This document shows positions 18,474 to 25,669 of a stretch of DNA of 32,000 nucleotides, one piece after another. Position 1 is the stretch's first letter; the number at the start of each line of letters is the position of its first letter. The position numbers were made by a program, and so were the translations under genes. Below the pieces are notes generated by a model, which saw only the letters and a list, made by a program, of their open reading frames with translations, had not been told where the DNA came from and did not search any database. This DNA comes from an uncultured Erysipelotrichaceae bacterium. GTDB lineage: Bacteria > Bacillota_I > Bacilli_A > Erysipelotrichales > Erysipelotrichaceae. Location: the NCBI GenBank assembly GCA_942493105.1, contig OW818668.1:600001-632000 (forward strand), given 5' to 3'.

Positions 18474-19823
18474 TTATTCATAGATTGTATAGGACAATTG
18501 TGACAGATTCAGGATACTGAATTCATAGGCTTTGAAACTATCAATACAAAGACTTCCGGCGAATTCATTAAGCCCTATAAAAGCCTCTTCAGGGTAAATT
18601 GATGCGGTTTGAGTTAAGTTTATAAACCCTTTACTGAGTTTAAGCCTTAATTTAAGATCAATTAAACCTACTTTAATGAGACCGCAATCAATATGGAAAT
18701 CTTGACTGAACATCTTTATTGGCTCTTCCCTTAGAGTTTCTCGTAAAGTCGACACATGCGATTTTGAATCAAAGATGAAGTTTGTTTTCTTACCATGGAC
18801 TTCAGCCACCATCCCCAAATGGCCGTTGATCATTTTTAATGGGACGATTTGTTTCTTCATTCTGGTCATGAGTAGTGTTTCTATATCGTCAGTAGGTTCA
18901 CAAAATTCCGTCTTTATATGATCATATTTACAACTAAACAATACTTTGACTTGAGACAGGATGTCTTGTCCAATCATCCCATCAATGGGTAATCCTGAGA
19001 AACTGCGATATCTTTGAAGTAAAGGGCTTCCACTCAGTTGATATGTTTTGTTGAGGATGGTTACTTGAGAAACATCTCCTATAGAGATGGGAAGATCTGT
19101 TGCGATCAAGAAACGTCCTTCAAGACATTCAACGATCGGTAGTTTCTGATAAACTACACGCATTTCGTCCATGACTGAAAATTTTTCACGCCAATGATTA
19201 GAAATACTTTTTGAGGAACGATATGATTTCACACTATCTGATACACTTTCAAAAGCATCAACTGTTTTTGATTTATCATAATTGGCTTGACGATCTCTGG
19301 CAAAACCCATTCTGTCCGCATCTTCTCCTCTACTGAGATCTGCGCCAAGATAAATGAATTCCCATCCGTCAACTTGATTTTTATGATGAATCAACTCGCG
19401 AATTTGCGCATAACTATAATGATGACTGGCATTTTCCATCCCATCAGTAATGATGACGAAGATGGCCCCTGAATTATCTTTTGTTTTTCCTTCTTCCAAA
19501 TGAATGGCCTGAAGATCATATACAGCTTTCCCAATCGCATCCAACAAAGCCGTTGAACCCCGTACATAATATTCATTTTTCGTAATGGGACACACTTCTC
19601 GGATATCTAAGCGTTCATGAACGATTTCATATTCACTATCAAATAAGATCGTAGAGACGCGCGCTTGACCTGTTTCATTTTTTTGTTTCACTAAGAAACT
19701 ATTATAACCTCCAATCGTATCGCTTTCCCTGCCCCCCATACTACCTGATCGATCTAAAATAAAAACGATATCAGTTATGTGGTTTGAGGGTTGAATGATA
19801 TGATCTTCTGTTTTTTGTATCAT
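18474..19823 (-). CDS. Cytoplasmic von Willebrand factor A (MIDAS) domain protein with a C-terminal tandem retropepsin-like region
   Basis: MIDAS DRSGS (aa 24-28), GSTAL (T91), ITDGMEN (D127). No signal peptide. C-terminal aa 228-440 carry two repeats resembling clan-AA protease lobes (FLIATDLP...IDGMIGQDIL and FIFDSKSH...AFIGLNEF). Confidence 0.8.
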   Translation of the reverse strand: MIQKTEDHIIQPSNHITDIVFILDRSGSMGGRESDTIGGYNSFLVKQKNETGQARVSTILFDSEYEIVHERLDIREVCPITKNEYYVRGSTALLDAIGKAVYDLQAIHLEEGKTKDNSGAIFVIITDGMENASHHYSYAQIRELIHHKNQVDGWEFIYLGADLSRGEDADRMGFARDRQANYDKSKTVDAFESVSDSVKSYRSSKSISNHWREKFSVMDEMRVVYQKLPIVECLEGRFLIATDLPISIGDVSQVTILNKTYQLSGSPLLQRYRSFSGLPIDGMIGQDILSQVKVLFSCKYDHIKTEFCEPTDDIETLLMTRMKKQIVPLKMINGHLGMVAEVHGKKTNFIFDSKSHVSTLRETLREEPIKMFSQDFHIDCGLIKVGLIDLKLRLKLSKGFINLTQTASIYPEEAFIGLNEFAGSLCIDSFKAYEFSILNLSQLSYTIYE

Positions 19824-20626
19824 TGTTTTTCCTTTGTTGTTTGAATATAAAGCGGTTGTTTAATACGATCATAAAACGCAAGAACTTTCATATGCAAAGC
19901 AGGAGCCAATGTCGTCATAATGATTTGGTCGTAAAGTGGTTTTGGAATCGGTCCATAAAATGCTTCTGCGATACCACCCGCAATGGCAGCTTGGGTATCA
20001 CTGTCTCCACCAAGCGAGACAGCTTTCTTTATCGCATCCAGCACACTTGTTGAATCTAGAAAAGCTATGATGGCAGGTGGAACAGATCCTTGGCAAGTGA
20101 CGTCAAAGCTCACATAGGGCCTGATTTCTTCTATGGTGTGAACAAGGTCATAACAGAATTGTTTTGAGATGGTTTGGCGTATCTCATCTTTCGTTGCCCT
20201 TTTTCTAGCCATGAAGATCGATAATGCCACAGCCTGGGCACCTTTGATGCCTTCAGGATGATTATGTGTGACTTCAGCTGATCTTTTTGCTTCAGAAAGG
20301 ACTTCTTCGGCTGTCTCAAATAACCAACCGATGGGTGACACACGCATCGCAGAGCCATTCCCAAAGCTATTGTAGGGTTTTGTTTCACGATGATGAACCC
20401 AAAGATTAAAGCTTGATCCATAACCGCGATGAGGATAATTCAAGGTGTACTGTTGATAAGCTTGGTTAAATGTCATACCGCTTAGGTAAACATCCATAGT
20501 CGCTACTGTCAATACACTGTCATCTGTAAACCTAGAGTTTTCACTCATCAATTCAAACATTGTCGTCTTGATTGGCTTGTGTTCATAAGCACTTCCGATG
20601 ATGTCCCCTAAGATTGTCCCAATCAT
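19820..20626 (-). CDS. ADP-ribosylglycohydrolase family protein (ARH/DraG-like)
   Basis: MIGTILGDIIGSAYE, FTDDSVLTVA, GNGSAMRVSPIG, GGDSDTQAAIAGGIAEA metal-site motifs. SD ggagg 8 nt upstream. Stop overlaps the vWA ATG (ATGA). Confidence 0.9.
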   Translation of the reverse strand: MIGTILGDIIGSAYEHKPIKTTMFELMSENSRFTDDSVLTVATMDVYLSGMTFNQAYQQYTLNYPHRGYGSSFNLWVHHRETKPYNSFGNGSAMRVSPIGWLFETAEEVLSEAKRSAEVTHNHPEGIKGAQAVALSIFMARKRATKDEIRQTISKQFCYDLVHTIEEIRPYVSFDVTCQGSVPPAIIAFLDSTSVLDAIKKAVSLGGDSDTQAAIAGGIAEAFYGPIPKPLYDQIIMTTLAPALHMKVLAFYDRIKQPLYIQTTKEKQ

Positions 20627-20693
20627 GGCTCTTCCTCCCTTTTTATTTAATCTCAGTATAAATAAACCGCAAGTTCATATTTTAATGTGTCCA

Positions 20694-20721
20694 ACAAAAA
20701 GGACAGATATTAATCTGTCCT
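20694..20721 (-). terminator. Intrinsic terminator after lipoprotein paralog B
   Basis: Minus strand: aggacagat-taat-atctgtcct, followed by ttttgttg. Confidence 0.7.
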
Positions 20722-20744
20722 TGGTCTATTTGACTACCTTTTAC

Positions 20745-21716
20745 TTAAGGTTGAGTTACTTTTGCGTGACTATGATCGATGCTTATGGCATAGAACAAAG
20801 CATTGACCGAGGTCACTCCTCGATATTCCTCTTGCCCATAAGCGAAAATAAAACTCTCTTTCTCTTCAACCCCAAATTGAATGTTGATTTGATCTATGAA
20901 TTGCCCCAAAACCAATGATGGCTTTACTGTAAACTTTTGTTCTCTAAATGTAACCTGTGCATTTAAGGTATTTGATACAATTTTCGAGCTTGAATCTAAA
21001 CTGCCTGTCGCTCTGATTTGACCTGTAAGTTCAAGCGTTGTGGATTCGTTGTTGGCATAATATGTTTCCCCATCCATGATATCCCACGTTAAGTTATACA
21101 CACCATTATAGGTATATGTCGTATCATGTGTACGTTCTGCTACCTCAAAGACCCATCCTTGAGGATAATCATAAGATCCAACAACTCTGATGGTTCGATA
21201 ACTGATATAGGGTCCTTCTGATACTGTGTATGCATATGTAAAGCTTGATAGGCCATGGGGTAAGTCAAGGGTTTGATCTATAAATAACACGTCTTCGATC
21301 GGATAAGGATTCTTATTGATGCCTTCAAACCAACGTGCTGTTTGAAGCAAAGCTTCAGAACTGGTAGGAACTTTCGTAACTGCTGTTACATTGGTTGCTG
21401 AAAAATAGAGGTTACTCAAATTCCATTTGTTGAACTGATAGTCATAAAGCAAGGTATATTTTCCACTTAAAGTACATTCTTCATTATTTAAAGTTAAAGT
21501 CCCATTGATGATCCAGTGAGAATCTGTTTTCTTCTCAATGTTGTATACATTTTTATCAATGTTTATGACATTGAATTGTCCATCAAAAATACTGAGCACT
21601 GCCGCTCTTATTGTTTCATCTTTTAGATCAGGGATCTCTGTTTCAGGTTTTGCTGGATCACATGCACTTAAACTTAGTAACATGACCAAGCATAAGCACA
21701 GTCTAGTTGCTTTCAT
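20745..21716 (-). CDS. Lipoprotein of unknown function (paralog B)
   Basis: I prefer the ATG at 21714-21716 (MKATRLCLCLVMLLSLSAC, lipobox L-S-A-C), with SD gagg (21724-21727) and -10 TATACT (21730-21735). The track start at 21767 adds a non-signal extension. Confidence 0.7.
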   Translation of the reverse strand: MKATRLCLCLVMLLSLSACDPAKPETEIPDLKDETIRAAVLSIFDGQFNVINIDKNVYNIEKKTDSHWIINGTLTLNNEECTLSGKYTLLYDYQFNKWNLSNLYFSATNVTAVTKVPTSSEALLQTARWFEGINKNPYPIEDVLFIDQTLDLPHGLSSFTYAYTVSEGPYISYRTIRVVGSYDYPQGWVFEVAERTHDTTYTYNGVYNLTWDIMDGETYYANNESTTLELTGQIRATGSLDSSSKIVSNTLNAQVTFREQKFTVKPSLVLGQFIDQINIQFGVEEKESFIFAYGQEEYRGVTSVNALFYAISIDHSHAKVTQP

Positions 21717-21774
21717 GAATATTCCTCGCAGTATAAGTTTAAATCTTATCGTTAGGAAAGTAAACAACTTGAAT

Positions 21775-21789
21775 AAAAGACAGGTTTTC
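21775..21789 (-). terminator. Distal half of the rubrerythrin terminator hairpin, split by the IS insertion
   Basis: aaaagacaggt (21775-21785) is the exact complement of acctgtctttt (23313-23323). tttc (21786-21789) is the former loop and contains the TSD copy TTC. Confidence 0.75.
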
Positions 21790-21828
21790 TAAACTGTACC
21801 CCATGTAAAGGACACGGAAATAAAAACC
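21790..21828. repeat. IS terminal inverted repeat (orfB-distal end)
   Basis: taaactgtaccccatgtaaaggacacggaaataaaaacc versus the reverse complement of 23271-23309, taaactataccccatggaatagacacgaaaagaaaaacc. Confidence 0.8.
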
Positions 21829-21858
21829 GCTTAAGATCGACAGAAATGTCGGTCTTTT

Positions 21859-22782
21859 TTATGTTTGTAGCTGAATTTGTGGAATAACTGCCGGTAGATA
21901 TCGAATATTGGACCTTGGATTTGAGAGAACCTCATCGTATTCATGAGGGGTCATTCGATGTAGATCCCATTGAGGACGATCGTAATTATAGTAGTTGATG
22001 TATGAAATGAGGCATTCAGCCAATCGATCGTAAGAATTGATTTTGGAGAGGTCCAGTTCTGTTTTAAGCACGGCGTAGAAGGATTCCTGAGGGGCGTTAT
22101 CCCAACAGTTTCCGCGCCGAGACATCGACTGAGTAATGTCGTGTTTTGAGAGAAGATCCTGATAGTCGATGCTGGTGTAGTGACTCCCCTGATCAGAATG
22201 AAGGATGAACTTCATATGCAGTTCACCGTGATAATTCTGTAGAAGTTGATTCACCGTATCGATGACGAAATCCAATTCAAGTGACCCAGACAACTGCCAA
22301 GCCAAGATCTTCTTGGTCGTGGCGTCTTTGATGGTGGATAAATACGCTCGCTTCCCGTTCCCATACTTGATATACGTGATGTCCGTCAATAAGACCTTCT
22401 TGGCTGCGCCTTGCGAGAAATTTCGATTGAGGATGTTACTGAAGACTTTGTTGCTGTGCTGAGCTTTAATGATTGCGATGATCGGGTTCGCCTTGCGGAT
22501 CGGACAGAAGAGTTGATATTTTCTCATGAGTCGCCGGATCTTTTTGAGGTTCATATTTATGCCGTAATCCCTCGTAAGCCTCATTTTAATCTGTTTTGCG
22601 CCTTTTTTGAACCCTTTGTGGTCATAAGCCGCTTTGATCGCGATAAAATCGAGCTTGTCTCTCATTTCTCTCTCACCCATCGTCAATCTTCGCTTCTTAT
22701 AGGCGTAGTATCCCGATCGTGATACTTTGGCTTGGGTACACATATACTTAATGTCCAGTCGGTTCTTCCTTCGACCTTCCAT
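21859..22782 (-). CDS. IS3-family transposase OrfB (DDE/rve integrase core), expressed as an OrfAB fusion by -1 frameshift
   Basis: DDE triad context: LLTDITYI, LHSDQGSHYTS, GNCWDNAPQESF. The frame stays open upstream to the slippery site. Confidence 0.9.
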   Translation of the reverse strand: MEGRRKNRLDIKYMCTQAKVSRSGYYAYKKRRLTMGEREMRDKLDFIAIKAAYDHKGFKKGAKQIKMRLTRDYGINMNLKKIRRLMRKYQLFCPIRKANPIIAIIKAQHSNKVFSNILNRNFSQGAAKKVLLTDITYIKYGNGKRAYLSTIKDATTKKILAWQLSGSLELDFVIDTVNQLLQNYHGELHMKFILHSDQGSHYTSIDYQDLLSKHDITQSMSRRGNCWDNAPQESFYAVLKTELDLSKINSYDRLAECLISYINYYNYDRPQWDLHRMTPHEYDEVLSNPRSNIRYLPAVIPQIQLQT

Positions 22783-22823
22783 TGCCCAAATGATCTCAAA
22801 TTTCTTTTCTGCGCCGAGTTGCT

Positions 22824-23222
22824 TTATTCCCCCCTTTCCAGCGCTTTCAGTTTTTTTAAGAATTCGTTCTCCTGTTCAAGGTATTCATTTCTATCTTTCA
22901 GATACCGGTTCTCTTCTTCAGGACTACTGAATGTCATTTTCTTCGGTCGTCCTGGTGATTTGAGTCGCTCAAATCCTTTCGGTCGCTTCGCTTGTAGCCG
23001 CGCTCTATGAAAGAGGGATTCCAGTCGCTCTTTCCCAAACAACTCCGAGTCGATACTAAGCTCTTTTAAGATCTGTTTCTGTGGCTTTCCTTGCCTACTT
23101 TCACTGAGGATGATTGCCTTGAATTCCGGCGTAAACTGAACTGAATTTTCTGTCGCACTTAAAACATATTTATTGTTTCTTAATCTTTCAATTGCTTCTG
23201 GACTAAATTTCACTTTGGCCAT
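22824..23222 (-). CDS. IS3-family transposase OrfA (HTH / leucine-zipper)
   Basis: 132 aa, HTH-like N-terminus, C-terminal heptad-rich NRYLKDRNEYLEQENEFLKKLKALE. SD ggaggt upstream. Confidence 0.9.
   Translation of the reverse strand: MAKVKFSPEAIERLRNNKYVLSATENSVQFTPEFKAIILSESRQGKPQKQILKELSIDSELFGKERLESLFHRARLQAKRPKGFERLKSPGRPKKMTFSSPEEENRYLKDRNEYLEQENEFLKKLKALERGE
22851..22857 (-). other. Programmed -1 ribosomal frameshift heptamer A AAA AAA
   Basis: Minus strand reads tta aaa aaa ctg in the orfA frame. Shifting -1 gives act gaa agc ..., which runs directly into the orfB frame (..EIIWAMEGRRKNRL). Confidence 0.7.
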
Positions 23223-23270
23223 CTTTTTACCTCCTGTTTAGTATATTAAAACCCCATAGAACTGTCACGA

Positions 23271-23309
23271 GGTTTTTCTTTTCGTGTCTATTCCATGGGG
23301 TATAGTTTA
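23271..23309. repeat. IS terminal inverted repeat (orfA-proximal end)
   Basis: Reverse complement matches 21790-21828 at 33 of 39 positions by hand alignment. Confidence 0.8.
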
Positions 23310-23323
23310 TTCACCTGTCTTTT
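23310..23323 (-). terminator. Proximal half of the rubrerythrin terminator hairpin, split by the IS insertion
   Basis: TTC (TSD copy) followed by acctgtctttt. Lies 8 nt downstream of the rbr stop codon on the minus strand. Confidence 0.75.
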
Positions 23324-23331
23324 AACTTTGT

Positions 23332-23871
23332 TTAGTAGTTTCTGACATCCATTGAGAAATGAGACTGAGGTTCTCCACATACTGGACAAATCTTTGGTGC
23401 TTCTGTGCCTTCGGATTGATATCCGCACACATTACATTCCCAAACCACTTTTTCATCTTTTTTGAAGACTTTGCCTTCTTTAAGGTTGGCAAGAAGATCG
23501 TTATAGCGTTCTTCATGACGTTTTTCTATGATGGCAACTTGTTCCATCTGGAAAGCGATCTTATTGAAGCCTTCAGCTTTGGCTGTTTCAGCAAATTCTT
23601 TATACATAGTTGTCCATTCATAGTGTTCACCAGCAGCAGCATCCACTAAATTAACAGCAGTTGTTGCAACTTCTCCACCATGGAGCGCTTTGAACCACAA
23701 GAACGCATGTTCTTGTTCATTGCGGGCTGTCTCTAGGAAGAAGTCTTCCAGTTGTCTGTAGCCTTCATGACGGGCTTTAGCAGCATAATAGGTATACTTA
23801 TTGCGGGCCATTGATTCCCCGGCAAATGCAGCTTCTAAATTCTTTTCTGTTTTTGAACCTTTCAAATCCAT
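23332..23871 (-). CDS. rbr: Rubrerythrin
   Basis: Ferritin-like di-iron helices ([35 protein letters not shown]) plus a C-terminal rubredoxin-type CNVCGY...CPVCG. The ATG at 23869-23871 has SD ggag; the track start at 23919 is an unsupported extension. Confidence 0.9.
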   Translation of the reverse strand: MDLKGSKTEKNLEAAFAGESMARNKYTYYAAKARHEGYRQLEDFFLETARNEQEHAFLWFKALHGGEVATTAVNLVDAAAGEHYEWTTMYKEFAETAKAEGFNKIAFQMEQVAIIEKRHEERYNDLLANLKEGKVFKKDEKVVWECNVCGYQSEGTEAPKICPVCGEPQSHFSMDVRNY

Positions 23872-23958
23872 AGAGTTTCTCCTTTGTTTACTAAGTCTAT
23901 TATACGCATAAATAAACATGAATTATAAGATATAAATGAACACTTGTGATTAATTCAT

Positions 23959-23990
23959 AAAAAAAGGCAAGTCTTAGGAGACTTCGCCTT
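23959..23990 (-). terminator. Intrinsic terminator after rsmI
   Basis: Minus strand: aaggcgaagtc-tcctaa-gacttgcctt (one bulged G), followed by a T7 run. Overlaps the last codons of rsmI. Confidence 0.55.
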
Positions 23991-24834
23991 TATTGTGGTA
24001 AGCATTATAGAGCTCATGTTTATTCAACCCTACTTCTTTAGCGACTTGTTTGATGGCTTCGGAAGCTGTTATTCCACCATCGACATAAGCTTGGATACGT
24101 TCATTGATTTCAGTCAAATCAATGATTTCAGGTTTTTCATCGATGTTGCCTTCAATGACCAAGACCATTTCACCTTTTAGTTCATCTTCGATGTCTCCTA
24201 ATTCACTGAGTTTACCTCGTAAGAATTCTTCAAATTTCTTTGTCAGTTCTCGTGCGATCACTGCTTTACGATCACCTAAGATGGGCAATAAGCGGGCAAT
24301 GGTTTTTTGGATACGATGAGGTGCCTCATAGAATATCAAGGTATAGGGATAAGCCTTGAGTTGATTGACGATTTGATTGAAGTCTTTGTCGGTACTGGGT
24401 AAGAATCCATAGAATAAAAAAGGTTGAGTTACTAAACCAGATGCCACCAAGGCATTGAGCACAGCGCTAGATCCTGAGATCGGAATGACATTAAATCCTG
24501 CCGATATGACTTCTTGGACGACGATATAGCCAGGATCTGAAATCAAAGGATATCCAGCATCGCTGACCAAAGCAACATCTTTGCCTGATTCTAAGAGTTT
24601 GATGATCCCATTGGCTGATTCTTTTTCATTATAGGCATGATGAGAAATAACTTTAGTTTCGATTCCAAAGTGTTTCAGTAAAACTGAGGTAGTGCGGGTA
24701 TCTTCGCATGCGATGACGGCAACCTGCTTTAAAACCTCAACGGCTCGAGGTGTCATCTCATTGAGATTACCGATGGGAGTTGCGACCAAATATAGACTGG
24801 TCAAATCATTTTGAAAGCTTTTCTGTCGTTTCAT
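23974..24834 (-). CDS. rsmI: 16S rRNA (cytidine1402-2'-O)-methyltransferase RsmI
   Basis: LYLVATPIGNLNEMTPRA, ACEDTR, SDAGYPLISDPG motifs. Confidence 0.92.
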   Translation of the reverse strand: MKRQKSFQNDLTSLYLVATPIGNLNEMTPRAVEVLKQVAVIACEDTRTTSVLLKHFGIETKVISHHAYNEKESANGIIKLLESGKDVALVSDAGYPLISDPGYIVVQEVISAGFNVIPISGSSAVLNALVASGLVTQPFLFYGFLPSTDKDFNQIVNQLKAYPYTLIFYEAPHRIQKTIARLLPILGDRKAVIARELTKKFEEFLRGKLSELGDIEDELKGEMVLVIEGNIDEKPEIIDLTEINERIQAYVDGGITASEAIKQVAKEVGLNKHELYNAYHNKGEVS

Positions 24835-25669
24835 TGGGTTCTTTTTTTATGTAGTCCTTAAAGGCTTCATCGAAGCCTAAGTATAAGGCCTCTTCTCTAT
24901 TCTCTAATTTACATTGTTTGGTCAATAGATTCATTGACGTTACACGATACTTCTTACCGTTATAATCGATCAATTCATTTTGCTTAGGACAATCTTTTTT
25001 CATACACTTATAGTTTTCATCTTCATACTTTAAACAACACATGAGCTTACCGCACTGTCCAGAGAGTTTCTGAATGTTTAAGGCAAGGTTTTGATTCTTA
25101 GCCATATTGATTGATACCACGTCAAAATCATTCAGGTAGCGTGAACAACAGGTTTCCATACCACAAGTTCCAATTCCGCCAATGATTTTCGCTTTATCGC
25201 GTGGACCAATTTGTCTTAGTTCGATTCGACAGTGTAAGTGTGATGCCAATTCTTTTAAAAGTTCTCTGAAATCAACGCGTTCATCAGCGACATAAACGAT
25301 GATAATCTTAGATTTATCTAAGGTATATTCAGCGGATATCAGCTGCATGTTTAAATCAAGATGTTTCACATCTTTTTCGCAGATCTTAAGGGCTTCTATG
25401 GCACTGGCTTGGTTTTGAATGTGATGATCTAGATCATTTTGAGATGCTTTTCTTAAAATTGGTTTAAGTTCAGAATGAATGTTGACACTTTCAGTCAAAC
25501 GCGCATCAGTAATGACTTGTCCTAATTCTAATCCGCGTGAAGTCTCTACGACCACCTTATCTTCTGCTTTGTAGAAATCGTCATTGGTCCCAAAAGAATA
25601 AGCTTTCTTATTGCCTTCAAACCTGACAGAATACACATATTTATAGACCTGACTTTGTTCAGTCATCAT
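24806..25669 (-). CDS. ricT: PSP1-domain protein RicT (YaaT)
   Basis: PSP1 C-terminal cysteine-rich region (GTCGMETCCSRYL ... GQCGKLMCCLKYE). Position between holB and rsmI matches Bacillus. Confidence 0.85.
   Translation of the reverse strand: MMTEQSQVYKYVYSVRFEGNKKAYSFGTNDDFYKAEDKVVVETSRGLELGQVITDARLTESVNIHSELKPILRKASQNDLDHHIQNQASAIEALKICEKDVKHLDLNMQLISAEYTLDKSKIIIVYVADERVDFRELLKELASHLHCRIELRQIGPRDKAKIIGGIGTCGMETCCSRYLNDFDVVSINMAKNQNLALNIQKLSGQCGKLMCCLKYEDENYKCMKKDCPKQNELIDYNGKKYRVTSMNLLTKQCKLENREEALYLGFDEAFKDYIKKEPNETTEKLSK

Larger units (their letters stand above)
21790..23309 (-). mobile_element. IS3-family insertion sequence, apparently intact (1520 bp)
   Basis: orfA + orfB with an A7 frameshift site. 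Imperfect 39-bp terminal IRs (33/39 by hand alignment). 3-bp direct repeat TTC at 21787-21789 and 23310-23312. Removing the element restores a perfect hairpin. Confidence 0.9.

Noticed and set aside
21833-21860. Hairpin gatcgaca-gaaa-tgtcggtc + T6 at the orfB-distal IS end, as a functional plus-strand terminator
   Set aside because: The structure is plausible, but it overlaps the orfB stop and there is no plus-strand gene upstream to terminate. Its role cannot be judged from sequence alone.
21859-23222. Split transposase as a frameshifted pseudogene
   Set aside because: The split coincides with an in-phase A AAA AAA heptamer, and the -1 frame is open from that site into orfB. This is the normal IS3-family expression strategy.
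23883-23960. PerR/Fur-type operator in the rubrerythrin promoter (AT-rich TTATAAT and ATGAATTA / TAATTCAT repeats)
   Set aside because: Only one half-site resembles the TTATAATnATTATAA PerR box. The inverted ATGAATTA copies are about 25 nt apart. This is not enough to call in such AT-rich DNA.
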